A stretch of DNA of 63,703 nt, the filler included, from Reticulomyxa filosa (taxonomy: Eukaryota > Protista > Foraminifera), in NCBI GenBank assembly GCA_000512085.1. It is 23 parts of 23 records of this genome, joined end to end, with 100 filler letters (N's around TTAATTAATTAA, not from the genome) between each part and the next. Parts side by side here need not be neighbours in the genome. Positions count along the whole stretch, not along the records: positions 62,154 to 63,703 come from ASPP01007823.1; 22 more parts are not named here. One strand, written 5' to 3'. The notes beneath the pieces are model-generated. The model was given only the letters and a program-made list of their open reading frames with translations. It did not search any database and had not been told where the DNA came from. Shown piece after piece: positions 63,530-63,703 of the stretch (positions are counted from its first letter, which is position 1; the number at the start of each line of letters is the position of its first letter). Position numbers and translations under genes: made by a program.

Positions 63530-63703
63530 AGACTTCTTTCGAAACTAAAAGAAATAGATTAAAAAGTATTTAGTAACTAATATAGGAAGTTATGAAATAC
63601 GAAGCTATCAAAGGGTTAAATTCAGACCAATTTCGCCGTTTAACCGGTGTAAAGAAAGAAACATTCGAGAAGATTATTAATATATTGAAGGAAGCAGATA
63701 ACA
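63530..63703 (+). mobile_element. IS5-family (ISL2-like) element: left end and transposase N-terminus
   Basis: TIR-like AGACTTCTTTCGAAAC at 63530. The ORF from ATG 63592, MKYEAIKGLNSDQFRRLTGVKKETFEKIINILKEAD, has the FRRLTGV HTH motif. Confidence 0.85.

Noticed and set aside
62154-63703. Bacterial TA operon integrated into the protist genome
   Set aside because: It is separated from eukaryotic DNA by a linker, with no introns or host flanks. Co-assembled bacterial DNA is the simpler explanation.

Overview
This window is not one locus. It is 23 unrelated small contigs joined by 22 artificial 100-nt linkers (N44-TTAATTAATTAA-N44, stops in all six frames), so nothing can be inferred across linkers. 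Contigs 1-22 are AT-rich, intron-containing eukaryotic DNA full of homopolymers and microsatellites. The expanded WD40 family and a ubiquitin starting MA-x-QIF point to a rhizarian protist, most likely the foraminiferan Reticulomyxa filosa (inference). Recognisable genes, many partial or frameshifted: ShKT+PAN protein, EndoG-like nuclease with altered catalytic residues, G-alpha-like fragment, decayed Ty3/Gypsy pol, CAP-Gly, WD40 paralogues, a secreted/GPI-type Cys-rich protein, ENTH/epsin, LRR, triple CCHC knuckle, EF-hand, PIG-P, CTL/SLC44-like and CRT-like transporters, a large ankyrin protein, RecQ4 C-terminus, RBR E3 ligase, a spliced bacterial-type M23 peptidase, diacylglycerol kinase, ubiquitin and V-ATPase subunit a. 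The last contig (62154-63703) is bacterial and Rickettsiales-like. It holds an RHH-antitoxin/MazF(PemK) operon and a small basic protein gene with its own sigma70 promoter, repeated operator-like boxes and hairpins, all between outward-facing IS4 and IS5 ends. The best leads are that IS-bounded module, the intron-containing M23 peptidase, two consecutive DGK introns sharing sequence, and recurrent palindromic, A-tract-acceptor introns. All calls come from reading motifs by eye; no searches were run.
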